DNA of 64,000 nucleotides. Origin: the human T2T-CHM13v2.0 reference genome, Homo sapiens. A model generated the notes under the pieces. The model was given only the letters and a program-made list of their open reading frames with translations. It had not been told where the DNA came from and ran no database searches. The stretch lies in NCBI RefSeq assembly GCF_009914755.1, contig NC_060929.1; one strand, 5' to 3'. Positions 1 to 16,831 of this stretch are shown here, one piece after another; the stretch's first letter is position 1, and each line of letters starts with the position of its first letter. The position numbers and the translations under genes are program-made.

Positions 1-3198
<3,198 letters not shown>

Positions 3199-4420
3199 AC
3201 AACCACTGGAGCCATGTGTTGAGAGTGAAGGTGAATGGTAGGAAGTATTAGGAGGGGGGCTATTGGAGAGCTATGCAGAATAGGAATAGGTACTGAGTTC
3301 CATTACAGGGTAAGTTGACCAAGGAGAAGGAGAAGGTTGGCAGAGCTTCCCTGAGGCCCCAGCTGTGCCTGCAGATCATAAATTTCCAGTGGCACCAATA
3401 TGTAAGATTGCATGGATTTCCCGGGCTTGTTGTGCTCACCAGCTTGGAACCCTCAGCAATGAAAAGATTCATAGAAAGCGATGATTATTTTCTATAAGAA
3501 ATTTGGCAGAAAAGGAAAAAGAGAGAGAGAGAAATTAATATTCTGCATACTCTGAGCATCAGAGATTTCAACCCTTTGTTTTAATAAATGGTGTTAAAGA
3601 GTATATTTCTGTAGATAAGGGAAAGAACTAGTTGAAAAAGACAACTTGAGAAAGCAAATAAGAGAGACATGCTTAATATATTAAGGTCACAAAGAAAATA
3701 AGAAGGTGGGACCAAAAGCTTTCATGGGGAATTTAGTACTTACAAAGAGGAAGAGTTTATTTATTTGAAAGCCAGAAGAGTTAAGTTTTATAGAAAACAT
3801 TATTCTTGTAAATTAATTAATGTATTCCAAAAATATTATTAATACTTAATATTCCAAGTAATCTACTAGGAGCTGGCAATTTAAATATGTAAGTAGGATT
3901 ATTTTTCTATGTTCAAGTTGTCAAATCTAATAGAAAAATTATATATTTTTAATTACATGTAATGTACATAAATATAAGTATTAATATGAGTAAGCTCTGC
4001 AATAAGATTAGAGCACTAAGAATCATGGAAATGGAAAAGTCAGAAACATATTGGAAGATGAGCATACAGGTGTGATGAACACAGTGAAAATTTAAGAAGA
4101 TTTCAAAATAGAGGAAAAAATAAAGTAAAATAAAATAAAAAGGAAGAGAATATTTGAGCTTAGCTTTGGGTTCACAGGCTATTTAAGATAGAACAGGGCA
4201 CTGAAGTAGGCATAGTAGGTGATTTTGCACTTCACATTAAGAACCGATCAGAATGTGAGGAAACAATGAAATCAGTGTCTGTTTTTGTTTCTAATAGCAT
4301 ATACATTTTCCCTAAAATTTTGTGAAAAAAAATCAAAGAAATAAAATCATGATAATGATATAATTATACTTTAGAAAGAATATTTGTGGAAAGAATAATG
4401 CTTTAGAAATAATATTATTG

Positions 4421-4807
4421 TGCAGCCATAAAAAAAGGATGAGTTCATGTCCTTTGCAGGGTCATGGATGAAGCTAGAAACCATCACTCTCAGCAAACTA
4501 ACACAGGGACAGAAAACCAAACACCAAATATTCTTACTCCTAAGTGAGAGTTGAACAGTGAGAACACATGGACACAAGGAGGAGATATCACACACCAAGG
4601 CCTGTCGGAGGCTGGCGGGGCAAGGGGAAGGAGAGCATTAGGACAAATACCTACTGCACACGGGGCTTAAAACCTAGATGACAGGTTGACATGTGCAGCA
4701 AACCACCACGGCACATGTATACCTATGTAACAAACCTGCACATTCTGCAGATGTATCCCAGAACTCAACGTAAAATTAAAAAAAAAATAAATTAAAAAAG
4801 AAAAAAA
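4421..4807 (+). mobile_element. 5'-truncated L1PA 3' end (L1PA8-11-like) with TSD
   Basis: GCAGCCATAAAAAAAGGATGAGTTCATGTCCTTTGCAGGG...TGTAACAAACCTGCACATTCTGCA plus A-tail. TSD AGAAATAATAT[T/C]ATTG at 4405-4420 and 4808-4823. Confidence 0.93.
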
Positions 4808-6400
4808 AGAAATAATATCATTGAGAATAATAATAATAGTAATGCTTTAGAAAGAATAATCTGTGGCAACAGGAGATAGTGGGATATTTTTGCAAAGGCA
4901 TTAGCTGTGGGAATGGAGATGAGAGTAAATGTTTGAGCAGTTTTTAGATAAAATGTACAAGATTTGATGAATGAATGTTGAGTGAATGTGAAGACAGAGA
5001 TTAATTATGAGTTTATCTTGATGCTGAGTAATGATGGAGACAAAAAGGTATATTGTGGTTTGGGAAATGATTATGTTGCATTTCTGATGGACATATAGAT
5101 GTAGATTCTCATAATTGTTCACTAAGTGGTTTTCTGGTACTTATGACAGTTGTTTATACTGAAGATATGAATTTAGGAAATAATTTATGATAGTCAAAAG
5201 AACCCAAAAAGAACAAGAATAATAAAAAAAAAAATCAAAAGGACCAAAAGCAGAAACGCAGAAGACACTGACATTTTAAAGCTGATCCACAAAGATAAGA
5301 CAATGAATGAGACTAACAGAATGAGAAATCCAGAAGACAGAACCCTACAAAGCTACAGTGGAAAATGTATCAGGCATTCGCTGGTGCTTTAAAGGGAGAA
5401 GTTTTATGTTTTCTATTGTGGCCCATTAGGATCAATTATAATAATAGTGACAATCAGTGAATAAAAAGACACAAGTGAATCAACTACATGCTCTTCTTCC
5501 TTTCTCAACAACTGGTTATTTTCTCCCATGTATTTATTACTCTTTGATACTTTTGTTTTGAGTAACTCCATATGCAAATCTCAATAAAGACACAATGGGG
5601 AATAAAGGTGAACTGAACAATATCCTAGAGTTGAAAGAACAAACACTACAACGTGAAGTTCAGATAAGCATTTCTTACATGAGATTGACAGAATTCTGTA
5701 TAAATTGATAAACTATTTAAGCAATTAGAATGTTAAAAGGATTCACAGTCTGTATTACTTATTGATTCCAATAACTTTTTAATAATTAATATACAAGTAA
5801 AGAGAAATATGAATTAAAACCCTTGAATTTTAGTTGTTGACAGTTCATGTTAATAGTCTTCATCATCAGAATACTGACTAGCCTTTGTCTTATTAAATAA
5901 TATGCAAATTAAAGATACATTTAAGTGGAATTTATTGCAGGTGTTTATAATGTGTTTAAATACAAACATCAAAACATTATCAGATACAACTTTTATTTTT
6001 GAAAACAGTATCTCTCACTTTTGAAATTAACTGGGGAATATTATGATTTGTGCATATCAAGCCTTAATTTTATAAAGAAAGATTTGCTTCACTTGATGCT
6101 TTATTGGAGCGTGTCTACAGGATGGAAGAGCAAGTTAATAAGTATATGTATTCCTTTGGCAATGACCAATCATCATTTTCACCTTCATATTTATACCTCC
6201 ATTTTTTCAAACTCTAGTACTATATAGTACCTGTGCTACTCTTATTATGTTGCATGTTACCTATTATTATAAGTTTATTTGTCCTCACATGTATTTTAGT
6301 TCTTTGGAGAGACTATTAAAATGTTTGAGCAAGAATTATATTTTTATAATTTATAAACACTTTTTAAAATCTTCTGTAATGAGCATTGTTATTATAACAT

Positions 6401-6713
6401 TATTTATTTATTTATTTGTGTTTTTTTTTTGAGACAGAGTCTTGCTGTGTTGCCCAGGCTGGAGTGCAATGGCTCAGTCTTGGCTCACTGCAACCTCCAC
6501 CTCGCGGGTTCAAGTGATTCTCCCTGCCTCAGCCTCCTGAGTAGCTGGGATTACAGGCACCCGCTACCACACCTGGCTAATTTTTGTATTTTTAATAGAG
6601 ACAGGGTTTCACCATTTTGGGCAGACTGGTCTGGAACTCCTGACCGCAGGTGATCCACCCACCTTGCCCTCCCAAAGTGCTGGGATTACAGGCGTGAGCC
6701 ACCGCCCCCAGCC
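6401..6713 (-). mobile_element. Alu (AluS-type)
   Basis: T-rich tail then GAGACAGAGTCTTGCTGTGTTGCCCAGGCTGGAGTGCA...CCCAAAGTGCTGGGATTACAGGCGTGAGCCACC. Confidence 0.96.
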
Positions 6714-7389
6714 TACATAATTTATTTTTAAGTTATTGCTATCAGTTCACTTTTACTTTTGAGGCTTTATGTCTTTATTGGGGAGATATCAATATTTTAA
6801 GAGGTGGATACAGAATTATTTCCAAGAGGGCTGTCCAGTTTGGGAATATATTTTGTTTTAAACGTGAGGCTTCTGAGTGTATCTCGAATGAGGTAGGGTT
6901 ATCTGAAGAGGTAGATAAACACTGATAAATAAGAAATGAGTGGGAATTTGTGGGTGTGTTGGTGGAGTAACATGTCTTCCACAACTAGCTGGGTTGAAGG
7001 AATTGGTGATGGCAGTAGTAGCTGAAGCAAAACATAATTTAATTACATAACCCCTCTCAAATATACCAAAATACTAAAAGAATATTTAAAATACATAAAT
7101 GCAGGCATGCATAGTGATTGAGACATTGATTCAACTCTGGATCAACTCAGAGATGCCGAATTCTCAGGATATAGGTTGAAATGAAGAGCAGTTACCTAAT
7201 GGAAACAGTATATCATCAAACTAATGTGTGTCCAAGAGAATTTAAACCCCCAGGAATTCACAAAATGTGGAGAAGCCATTGAACTTCTGTAAGTTAGAGT
7301 GTATGAGATTCAAGCCACATGTATTTAAAATTTCAAGTATAGGTGACAACAACTGACATATAGATTCCTGTCGAAGTCACACTCATGTG

Positions 7390-7800
7390 TTTTCAAACTA
7401 CTTCTACATGTCTTCCTATATTACAGAATCTGGAAACCTAAACCATGCATTTCTCAAGCTTGCTTTCAGCTAAATTGTTTTGTGTTTTTGTGTCTGCCAA
7501 TCAAATGTGTCTTTATGATGCTCAAAAGTGGAAATAAGACAGTAATTGACCACAGGAGACCCTATCTGCTAGCAAGCCTGTCAGTGAACATAACTGGTTT
7601 TGGGGGAAAGCAGAAGCAGGGTTTTTGGGTTTATTCCCTATTACTTTAGGTGACAGTGAGAGTAGAGAAGCATTTCCACTACAATAATGTCTGCATATAA
7701 TTGTTCATAAATGTTTCTGATTTCTTTTGTTTGTGTATAGTTCCCAAATATGCAGAATCCCTGCCTAGTTCTCTCCTCTCCTGGTGAGTGTGTAACAAAA
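7390..7800 (+). mobile_element. Probable ancient ERVL-class LTR fragment (LTR33-like)
   Basis: CTGGAAACCTAAACCATGCATTTCTCAAGCTTGCTTTCAGCTA...TCTGCCAATCAAATG resembles the LTR33 consensus as I recall it. Boundaries approximate. Confidence 0.4.
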
Positions 7801-9621
7801 TTAATATCCGTAGTAAATCCCCAGCTTCTAGAAATGAGTGGGTTCTACTATCTACAAGTAAGAATCCTGAAGGAATAAATATTAATGAAAATGTATAATG
7901 ATAAACCACTGTATAATTGGCTTGTGGGATATTTTGAGATAACAAATAAATATTGTGCTCTGAATGCCAAGAATCCTGGTATAATTTTAAAATGTCATTT
8001 AATAAATGTACTACACACTCCCTGAGTTACTTCCCCCACTAAACAGAGACAAAGTCAAAGGCCGCCTGACATAAGTTAATAAGAAAAACACCCAAAGCCT
8101 CTGTAAAAGGCTACAGCATTTATAGCACAGTTTCTGAAATTTTTTACTACATCAAAATTAAAATGAAAAACAAAAGTGATTTTTTGGTTCCCAAGGCTTT
8201 CTTTCTATAGAAAGCAGCTGAAAAAGTAAAATAAATAGCATGAATACAAAAAGGTTTGTTAAATGTTTAAGTCTATGGAAACCCATTTTCCCAAAATATA
8301 ATTTTTAAGCTTTGGTTATAGGAACAAGAAAAGTTGGCCATACAGCCCCTTTTACTAGGCCCATGTGAGCTCCTGGCCATTCTAGGTGTAAATGGAGACC
8401 TGGAATTGACCATGGAATCAGACAATGAGTCCTCTGCTTTGCAGAAGAATATGAGCCAAGTGTTCCTTCCATGTTATGGCCTGGCCTCTGCTCAGACCTT
8501 CTCTCTTCATAGCTGGAATCCAGTTATCAGATGGATGTGAATGAAGACTAATAGAAAAAGTACAAACAATTGAGAATTCTTATGGTGCTAAGAAACATAG
8601 TGCAGTCAGACGAGATTACTCCAGAGAGGAACATTATATAAATGCTGCAGCTAGAATGAGCTCTCAGTGCAGTGAAGCATCTGGTGTTGTTTTGCATATG
8701 TTTTGTTGTAAGTTCTGTGCACTACTCTTCTTCAAATGCATTTCTTCTTCTGCCGTCTGTATTTTCCTTGAATTACTTCAACACATACTTACCTTCCTGC
8801 TCTGACCTTTTTCTTTCCTGAAAAAAACAAAATATCTTGATGTTGAAAAGAATTGATTTCTAAGCATCCTACACAAGTAATAGAAATATCACAGGCTTCA
8901 GTGACACTGTTAACTATCCATGGGATGCTTATTGACTGTGTCACTCTATGAAAAGGAGAGTATCATGTTTTCTTACAGAAAAGTGGGTAATCTTTCCTCC
9001 AAAAGATGTATTTTACTCAGATGTTTTACTTTAGTTTGCTTTCTGGAGAAGATTACAGTAATTCTGCACTGAGAAGCTTTCTCTGCCACAGGAAATGTCC
9101 TGCACTGAATTAAATGATGATAACTTGCTATCATATCTAATCAACAGTTATGACGTTTTATAAAACTTAGAGCTGATGGCACCTTTACTATCACATTGAT
9201 TTGATTAAGAATCTTTTTGGACACATTTTGAGAGTTCACTCTATAATGACATTTTCTCTCGAATTGTATGTATGGAGTGGAAAAACCACAAGCTTTCAAG
9301 ATTACAAAAAAAAGAAAAAGTGAGACTATAAACTTAAAGTGGTATTTGGGACTTGGGATTGAAAAGAAAGAAGAAAAAAGAAAATTCAATAGTATCACTG
9401 GCAAGTATCAATTATATGAAAACAATTTCTATCAAACTAGAAAGAAAATGAGAAATCAATGTGGATTTAGGGATGAAATATTTTTGAATTACCAGAGAAA
9501 GGACCCAAGGAGAAAGATGTGCTTAGAAAATATGGAGGCAAGCCAGTCTCCTGTAGCCTCACACCTAGAAAACAGATCAAGAAAATCACATAAAATGTGG
9601 AATTGCTATGATTTATTCTAT

Positions 9622-9880
9622 TATACATACACACATGCATGTGTATATAGATGTGCATGTGTGTATATATACATATATGTGTGTATATTTGTATATATAC
9701 ATATATACATATATGTGTGTATATTTGTATATATACATATATGTGTGTATATTTGTATATATACATATATGTGTGTATATTTGTATATATACATATATAC
9801 ATATGTATACACACATGTATGACTGCACATAGGTTTGTATATATACATATACACACGTACACGTGTGAACACACAGACAC
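9622..9880. repeat. TA/TG/CA low-complexity array containing four exact 28-bp units
   Basis: ATATATGTGTGTATATTTGTATATATAC at 9673, 9709, 9737 and 9765. Confidence 0.95.
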
Positions 9881-11575
9881 AAAATAGTGTGAATCAAGAT
9901 GTTGTTAGTACTTTATTCAAAGGGGGAAATGAGAATACAATTACAAATAGAAATTATCACTGTTAACAGTTTTAAAGCTACAGAAGCTGCTGTTAAAACC
10001 TATGAATGGTAGAAGGAGAGAATGGTGGATTATATGCCAGCCTGAAACCAACACTTATATCATGAAGATAACTTTAGGGAGAAAAAGTGACTAGTTTGTG
10101 AACTGATCTATAGAAGAGGTAAAGACTTACTGTCACTTTACTTTGGATTTAAAGTTCACGAGCTAAAAATTTTGAATGATGATGGATGCTTTTTCTATCA
10201 GAGACTCTGGATAATTGTCAAACAATTACAACAACTTTAAAATTAAGAAAATAGAGAAATAAAATTGAGCTGAGTCTGAGGAATGAAATCAGCCAACCAA
10301 CAAACCAACCAACAAATAGACAAAACAAACGGCATCAGTACATGGAGATGTGTTTGCCAGTTGGACGATGGTACACAGAAAGTTTTGTCTGCTTGAAGGT
10401 TAGGAATGCTTAGGGTTAAGGGTTATTTTTTAAATAAGAGGAGTTATGGAAATTGTAACATATATGAAATTGCCCGCCAAAAATTAGAGTCAGATTAGTC
10501 AAAAAAAAGTTACTTTTATAATTCTGATTAGAAAAGGGAGAGAAGACTTACAGTTGATGAAAAATACAGTAAATTAAAGACACTTTCACATTGCTCTCTC
10601 TATTCTTCAATTATTTTACTTCTAAGAAGTTGGAATAATTAATAACAACAGATACAAGGAGATACTTATGCTTGGGTTTGGAATATAGTAAGATTTTTAT
10701 GCTCAATTTAGTTAAGACATTTATTAAGTGATTACAATATTAATATCAAAATATTTATTGAAAATAAACATGATTTAGATAATAAAAAAACAGTCCAGGA
10801 TTGTGTCCAAAAACAGTTTCTGCCACCAGAATTCCAAAATCTGTGCCCCTGGTAAGGAACGGATCCTGGGTTACTTCATGTCTATTTCCAGTGTTATCTC
10901 TGGCACATTGTAACAATTTAGTCATCTTTGTAAGTGTGTAAGTTATTCTCATATGACAACTTTCCTACTTCAATTAAAATGGGATCAGTCCATAAAGTGC
11001 CCTTTTTATGATTACCTATCTATCAGCAGAAAGTTAGTTTCTGATTCCATCATTAGACATTCTCATATTGTGAGGATAATCTTGAATTTTATATAAAATT
11101 ACTTTCAGGACAAGCTAAGAAAACTCCTGTGACCCAGTTCTATGCTCTTTCTATAAATGAGAAATTTTCTTAATTCATGAGTCTTTGCCCTATATTTCCT
11201 TGATACAAAGTGTTACAGAAAAGAGCAGGAGTCATCTGGATCCACTTGCCACACACCCACTGGGAGGAGCTGACACTGAGAACTCCAGGGCAAATCAAGG
11301 AGACTGAGCTGGTTCTGAGAGAGAGAGAGAGGCTTCTAAAATTATAAAAGAGAAATAGACATATATAAGGAGACTGATATTATAAGAAATTCAAAGCGAA
11401 ATGAAATATTGTCATAGTTGTTCATTTATAACACAATAATAAATTAACTTTCAGAAACTAGGGAGAATAAAGATGAGCCTGTGCTCAAAAGCAGTGGGAA
11501 ACATCGGTATCAATTAGGTGTCACCAGATAACAGAATGGGAAATGTCTGTACCAGTTAGGGTTCTCCAGAGAAAC

Positions 11576-11577
<2 letters not shown>

Positions 11578-11623
<46 letters not shown>

Positions 11624-11799
11624 TATATATATATATACACACATATATATATACACACATATATATATACACACACACACATACATACATACATATATAT
11701 GTACACACACACAGTACATATACACTCAATTCTGTATTTCTCAATTTCTGTCATTCTACTTATTTTATATATAATATGCATTATATATATTATATATTA

Positions 11800-11835
<36 letters not shown>
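11578..11835. repeat. (TA)n/(CA)n compound microsatellite
   Basis: Read directly. Confidence 0.95.
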
Positions 11836-11837
<2 letters not shown>

Positions 11838-11969
11838 GGAATTGGCTCACATGATTGTGGTGGATTGCAAATCTGAATCCATAAGGCAGGCCAGTAGGCT
11901 GGAAACTTAGGAAGGGCTCAATGATGCTGCAGTTTTGAGGCAGGGGTTTTCCTCACCAGGAAATCGCAT

Positions 11970-11973
<4 letters not shown>

Positions 11974-12023
<50 letters not shown>
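11974..12023. repeat. (TG)25 microsatellite
   Basis: Read directly; pure dinucleotide run. Confidence 0.97.
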
Positions 12024-12024
<1 letters not shown>

Positions 12025-12324
12025 TTTTTTGGATTTTTTTTTTTACTCTTAAGGCTTTTTAAATGATTTGATGAGGCCCAGCTGCATTACTTAGTGCAGT
12101 TTCTTTAATTAAAGTCAACTGATCAGTAACATGTGGATTAGTGTTTCCTTAACTATCTGAGTACTAAGGCCTAGTCACATGGACACCTACCACTAAGCAT
12201 TACAATATTCAAGCAGCCTCATGTTTAAAGATTCCACCAGTACAGAATCTGTTAATGAATCCTCTAATATTTAATGGCACAATTCTATGTGTCCCAATTA
12301 TTACATATTCCCATACATATGTGC

Positions 12325-12700
12325 TGTATTAGAAATTCTGTTGATAGAGGAAAATACGTTGAAATTTAAATTGTAGTCCAAGATCAGGGTGCATACGGGC
12401 CTTGCTCCTTTTTAGATGCCAGGAAGAATCCGTTCCAGGCCTCTCTTCTAGATTCTCATAGTTCCTTGGCTTGTGGCGGCATAACCCAGTCTTTACATGC
12501 TATTATCGCTATCTGTATGTTTGTGTCCAAATTTCCCCTTTTTATAAGGACATCAGTCATACTGAATTTATGGGCCCACCCTACACCTATATGACCTTTA
12601 TCTTAACTAATTATGTTTGCAATGGCTCCATTATTTAAAAAGGTCATATTCTGAGGTACCAAGACATATAAAGTTTTGAGGGACATTTTAACCTGTGACA
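12325..12700 (-). mobile_element. MLT1 (MLT1B-like) MaLR LTR
   Basis: CCAGGCCTCTCTTCTAG...TTTTATAAGGACATCAGTCATACTG...AAGGTCATATTCTGAGGTAC. Confidence 0.8.
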
Positions 12701-12746
12701 CACGATTTGGATTCCATTTGTTAAAAAAAAAAACAAACAAACAGCA

Positions 12747-13039
12747 TTTTCTTTACTTTTCTTTTAAATTTAATTTTATTTTAAGTTCCAGGATACCTGT
12801 GCGGAATGTGCAGGTTTGTTACATAGGTAAACGTGTGCATGGTGGTTTGCTGCACTTATCAATCCATCACCTAGGTATTAAGCTGAGAATGCATTAGTTA
12901 TTTATCCTGATGCTCTCCCTACTCCCAACCCCCACCACAGGTCCCAGGGTGTGTTGTTCTCCTACCTGCGTCCATGTGTTTTCATTGTTCAGCTCCCACT
13001 TTAAGCGAGAATATGTGTTGTTTGTTTTTCTTTCTTGTA
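12747..13039 (-). mobile_element. 5'-truncated L1PA 3' end (L1PA10-13-like)
   Basis: GTGCAGGTTTGTTACATAGGTAAACGTGTG...ATTGTTCAGCTCCCACTT. TSD-like AAACAG[C/T]ATTTT on both sides. Confidence 0.92.
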
Positions 13040-13446
13040 AAAAACAGTATTTTCTATCTCTTTATGAGCACCATGCTGTAAGTTTTCTACTTACCTCAAT
13101 AAATGCAAGTTTTGTTCTTTGCTCTGCTCTCTGACTAGGACATTGACTAGGCTCCTATGCAATCTAGTATCCAGTAGGTTTTGATGAATGGGGAAACGTG
13201 CAAAGAAATTGGGAGTGGGTGGAAAGTGAGGGGAGAATGGAAATTGAGGCATGGGTATGTCTACTTCTGGCTGCCTTTTTGAGTTGTCATCTTGAGCTAG
13301 TTGCAACCATCAATCATATGTTACTTCCGCTCTTTGAAAATCTTATCGTGACTTTGGGTTCTCAGTAACCATTTACTCATCTCTTCCAGCAAAGTGCAGT
13401 CACATCATCCATGTTTAGGTACCTGCTCTATCTCTCTTTGTTTTCT

Positions 13447-13926
13447 TTTTGGGGTTCACTAAGGATAGTGGCAGAAATATTATAGAGTAAATATTAGGGA
13501 CAATAGAGGCTTCCCCAGTTAAGTCTGTTTACCCTACCTCCATTAACTAACCTTTAAGTCAGATAGCCCTCTCGGGGAGAGGTCGACCAGGGATATTGTC
13601 CCCTAATGATATTTACCTTAGACCTCCGTACCTGAGCTTTATTCATTCCTAGAACTACTCTCTTAACCATGTTAATTATCCACAAATGTGTTGACTCAAA
13701 GCTTCTGTTGTTAATTGTATACCAAATAAATGCCTGGAGTGTGAGCTGCTCAGGACCAGCCACAGTGACAAACCTCTCTTGGTGTGCAGGCAGTCGGACA
13801 CTCAGCTGGACTGGCAAAGCAGAATATCTGTGTGTCAGTGTACGTTTTATTCATCCATCATTTAGGTCGGGGTCTATGGGCAGCCCCCCGCAGCTAATGC
13901 TCTCAAGTGTGAGGAGCAATATCTCA
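13447..13926 (+). mobile_element. Solo ERV LTR, probably LTR22 family (HERV-K22/HML-5)
   Basis: About 480 bp; starts T(T)TTGGGGTTCACTAAGGATAGTGGCAGAAATATTA, internal AATAAA, ends ...GAGGAGCAATATCTCA. Flanked by TTTTCT direct repeats (13441-13446, 13927-13932). Family assigned from memory. Confidence 0.7.
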
Positions 13927-14099
13927 TTTTCTTACGTAGCATTTAACCCTTGTAGTTAGTACTTTTTGAAAACAAATGTTTCTAATGTAACCATGCTTTC
14001 TGTATACTGTTGGTACTATCACTGACACAAATGCTTTCCAAACATAAGACATACTATCTGTAGTGTATAAATACCTAAAAACTGTAACAAGGTAATGCA

Positions 14100-14625
14100 C
14101 TGTCTAGTTTTTGTGAATATTCTGTCAATGAAAATTTATGTGAATTCGCTTTCCAAGCCACTCTTCATTTGGGGATATTTTTGAAGCTCTGTTGTTTGCT
14201 GTCCTCTTGCTGGAACAAATTTTGTTTCTATTGATGAATTTGTCTGCTTTTCATTATGGAATGTCTTCCTTGTCCTATACTGCATTTTATATAAATTGAA
14301 ACATTCCAGCTGTCCTTTGACTAGCATTTGCACAGTGTATCTAATTTTATCTTTTAACTTGTGTCTTTAATATTTAAAATGTGTTGCCTGTAGAAAATCT
14401 ACGGGTGGATCTTTCATTTTTTATCCAATCTGACAATGTCTCCCTTTAAGTGTAATATTATGGTTGAGTTTAAACCTGCCGTCTCACATTTTCTACTATT
14501 TGTGGTGTCTGTAATTTGGTCCTTTTACTCTTCTCCTGTCTTCTTTTGGTTAATTGAATATATTTTTTAGAGTTACGTTTTTCTGGATTATTGGCTTATT
14601 AGTTATGTCTTTTGTTCTATATTTC
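14100..14625 (-). mobile_element. Old L1M fragment (ORF2 5'/endonuclease region)
   Basis: T-rich, with TTTTATCCAATCTGACAAT and CATTCCAGCTGTCCTTTGACTAGCATTTGCA, typical of antisense L1M. Confidence 0.65.
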
Positions 14626-14639
14626 TAAAGGTACACATG

Positions 14640-15970
<1,331 letters not shown>

Positions 15971-16390
15971 TTAAAAAAAAACATACCGTTTTGTAGAAGT
16001 TTCCTTAGAAGTGAAGTTAGTAAATAAATTGAAGAATGATTGTCCTCTGGTTTGTTCAAAGCTTTGCCACGTGTTATCTACCAAAATACTACCAAAATAT
16101 CAGAGCTTCCAATACAAAACAGTTGGGCCAGTGTTTGGCTATTGCAGTCTTGATTTTTTCATTAAGTGCAGGAATCTAACTCCTTCATTATATATTATAT
16201 TGCACTATATGCATTGCATTATTTTATATGTTTATTGTAAGTCTACTGTGAAGTGGAATGTATTTACATATTAAAATATGTGCCTTTATAATAATACATT
16301 CCTTTTATTTCTCTTTCATAATTTGAGCATCCTGTTGACTTTCTGAAATTGAGCATAGACATATATTTTGTAGTAAGATAGATAAGGGGC

Positions 16391-16831
16391 TGTTATGGTT
16401 TGGATCTGTGTCTTCACCAAATCACATGTCAAATTGTAATTCCCAAAGTTGGAGGTGGGCCTAATGGGAGGTAATTGAATTGTGGGAGCAAATTTCTCAT
16501 GAGGGGTTTAGCATGATCCACTTGGTGCTGTCATTGTGATAGTGAGTGAGTTCTTATGATATCTGGTTGTTTAGAAGAGTGTAGCCACTCCCTGCTCCTC
16601 TCTCTCTTGCTCCTGCTCCTCTCTCTCTTGCTCCTGCTCCAGCCAGGTGAGATGCCTTGCTCCCCATTTGCCTTTTGGCATAATTGGAAGCTTCCTGAGG
16701 CCTCCCCAGAAGCAGAAGCTGCTATGCTTTGTGTACAGACTGCAGAATCATAAGCCAATTCAACCTCTTTTCTTTTTAAGTTACCCAGTCTCAGGTATTT
16801 ATTTACGGCAATGCAAGAACAGACTAATCCA
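16391..16831 (+). mobile_element. MSTA-like MaLR solo LTR
   Basis: TGTTATGGTTTGGATCTGTGTC...GAAGCTTCCTGAGGCCTCCCCAGAAGCAGAAGC...AGACTAATCCA. Internal 21-bp tandem duplication at 16591-16632. Confidence 0.92.

Larger units (their letters stand above)
11548..12204 (-). mobile_element. MLT2 (ERVL) LTR with expanded internal microsatellites
   Basis: TGTACCAGTTAGGGTTCTCCAGAGAAACA start; AAGGAATTGGCTCACATGATTGTG; TAAAGTCAACTGAT; ends CATTACA. Confidence 0.85.

Noticed and set aside
4368-4868. CTTTAGAAAGAATA-like motif repeated on both sides of the L1PA
   Set aside because: A degenerate local AT-rich repeat that predates the insertion; the true TSD is the 16-bp AGAAATAATAT[T/C]ATTG.
8334-8540. 68-aa ORF with LLLGPCE, faintly like an ERVL pol motif
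   Set aside because: Similarity is too short and weak to support.
9268-9897. 184-aa ORF and overlapping ORFs in several frames
   Set aside because: Openness comes largely from the stop-poor TA/TG repeat (Y/I/C/V/H/T runs); no domain is recognisable.
10790-10856. Possible exon ending CTG|GTAAGG
   Set aside because: No polypyrimidine acceptor upstream; peptide not recognisable.
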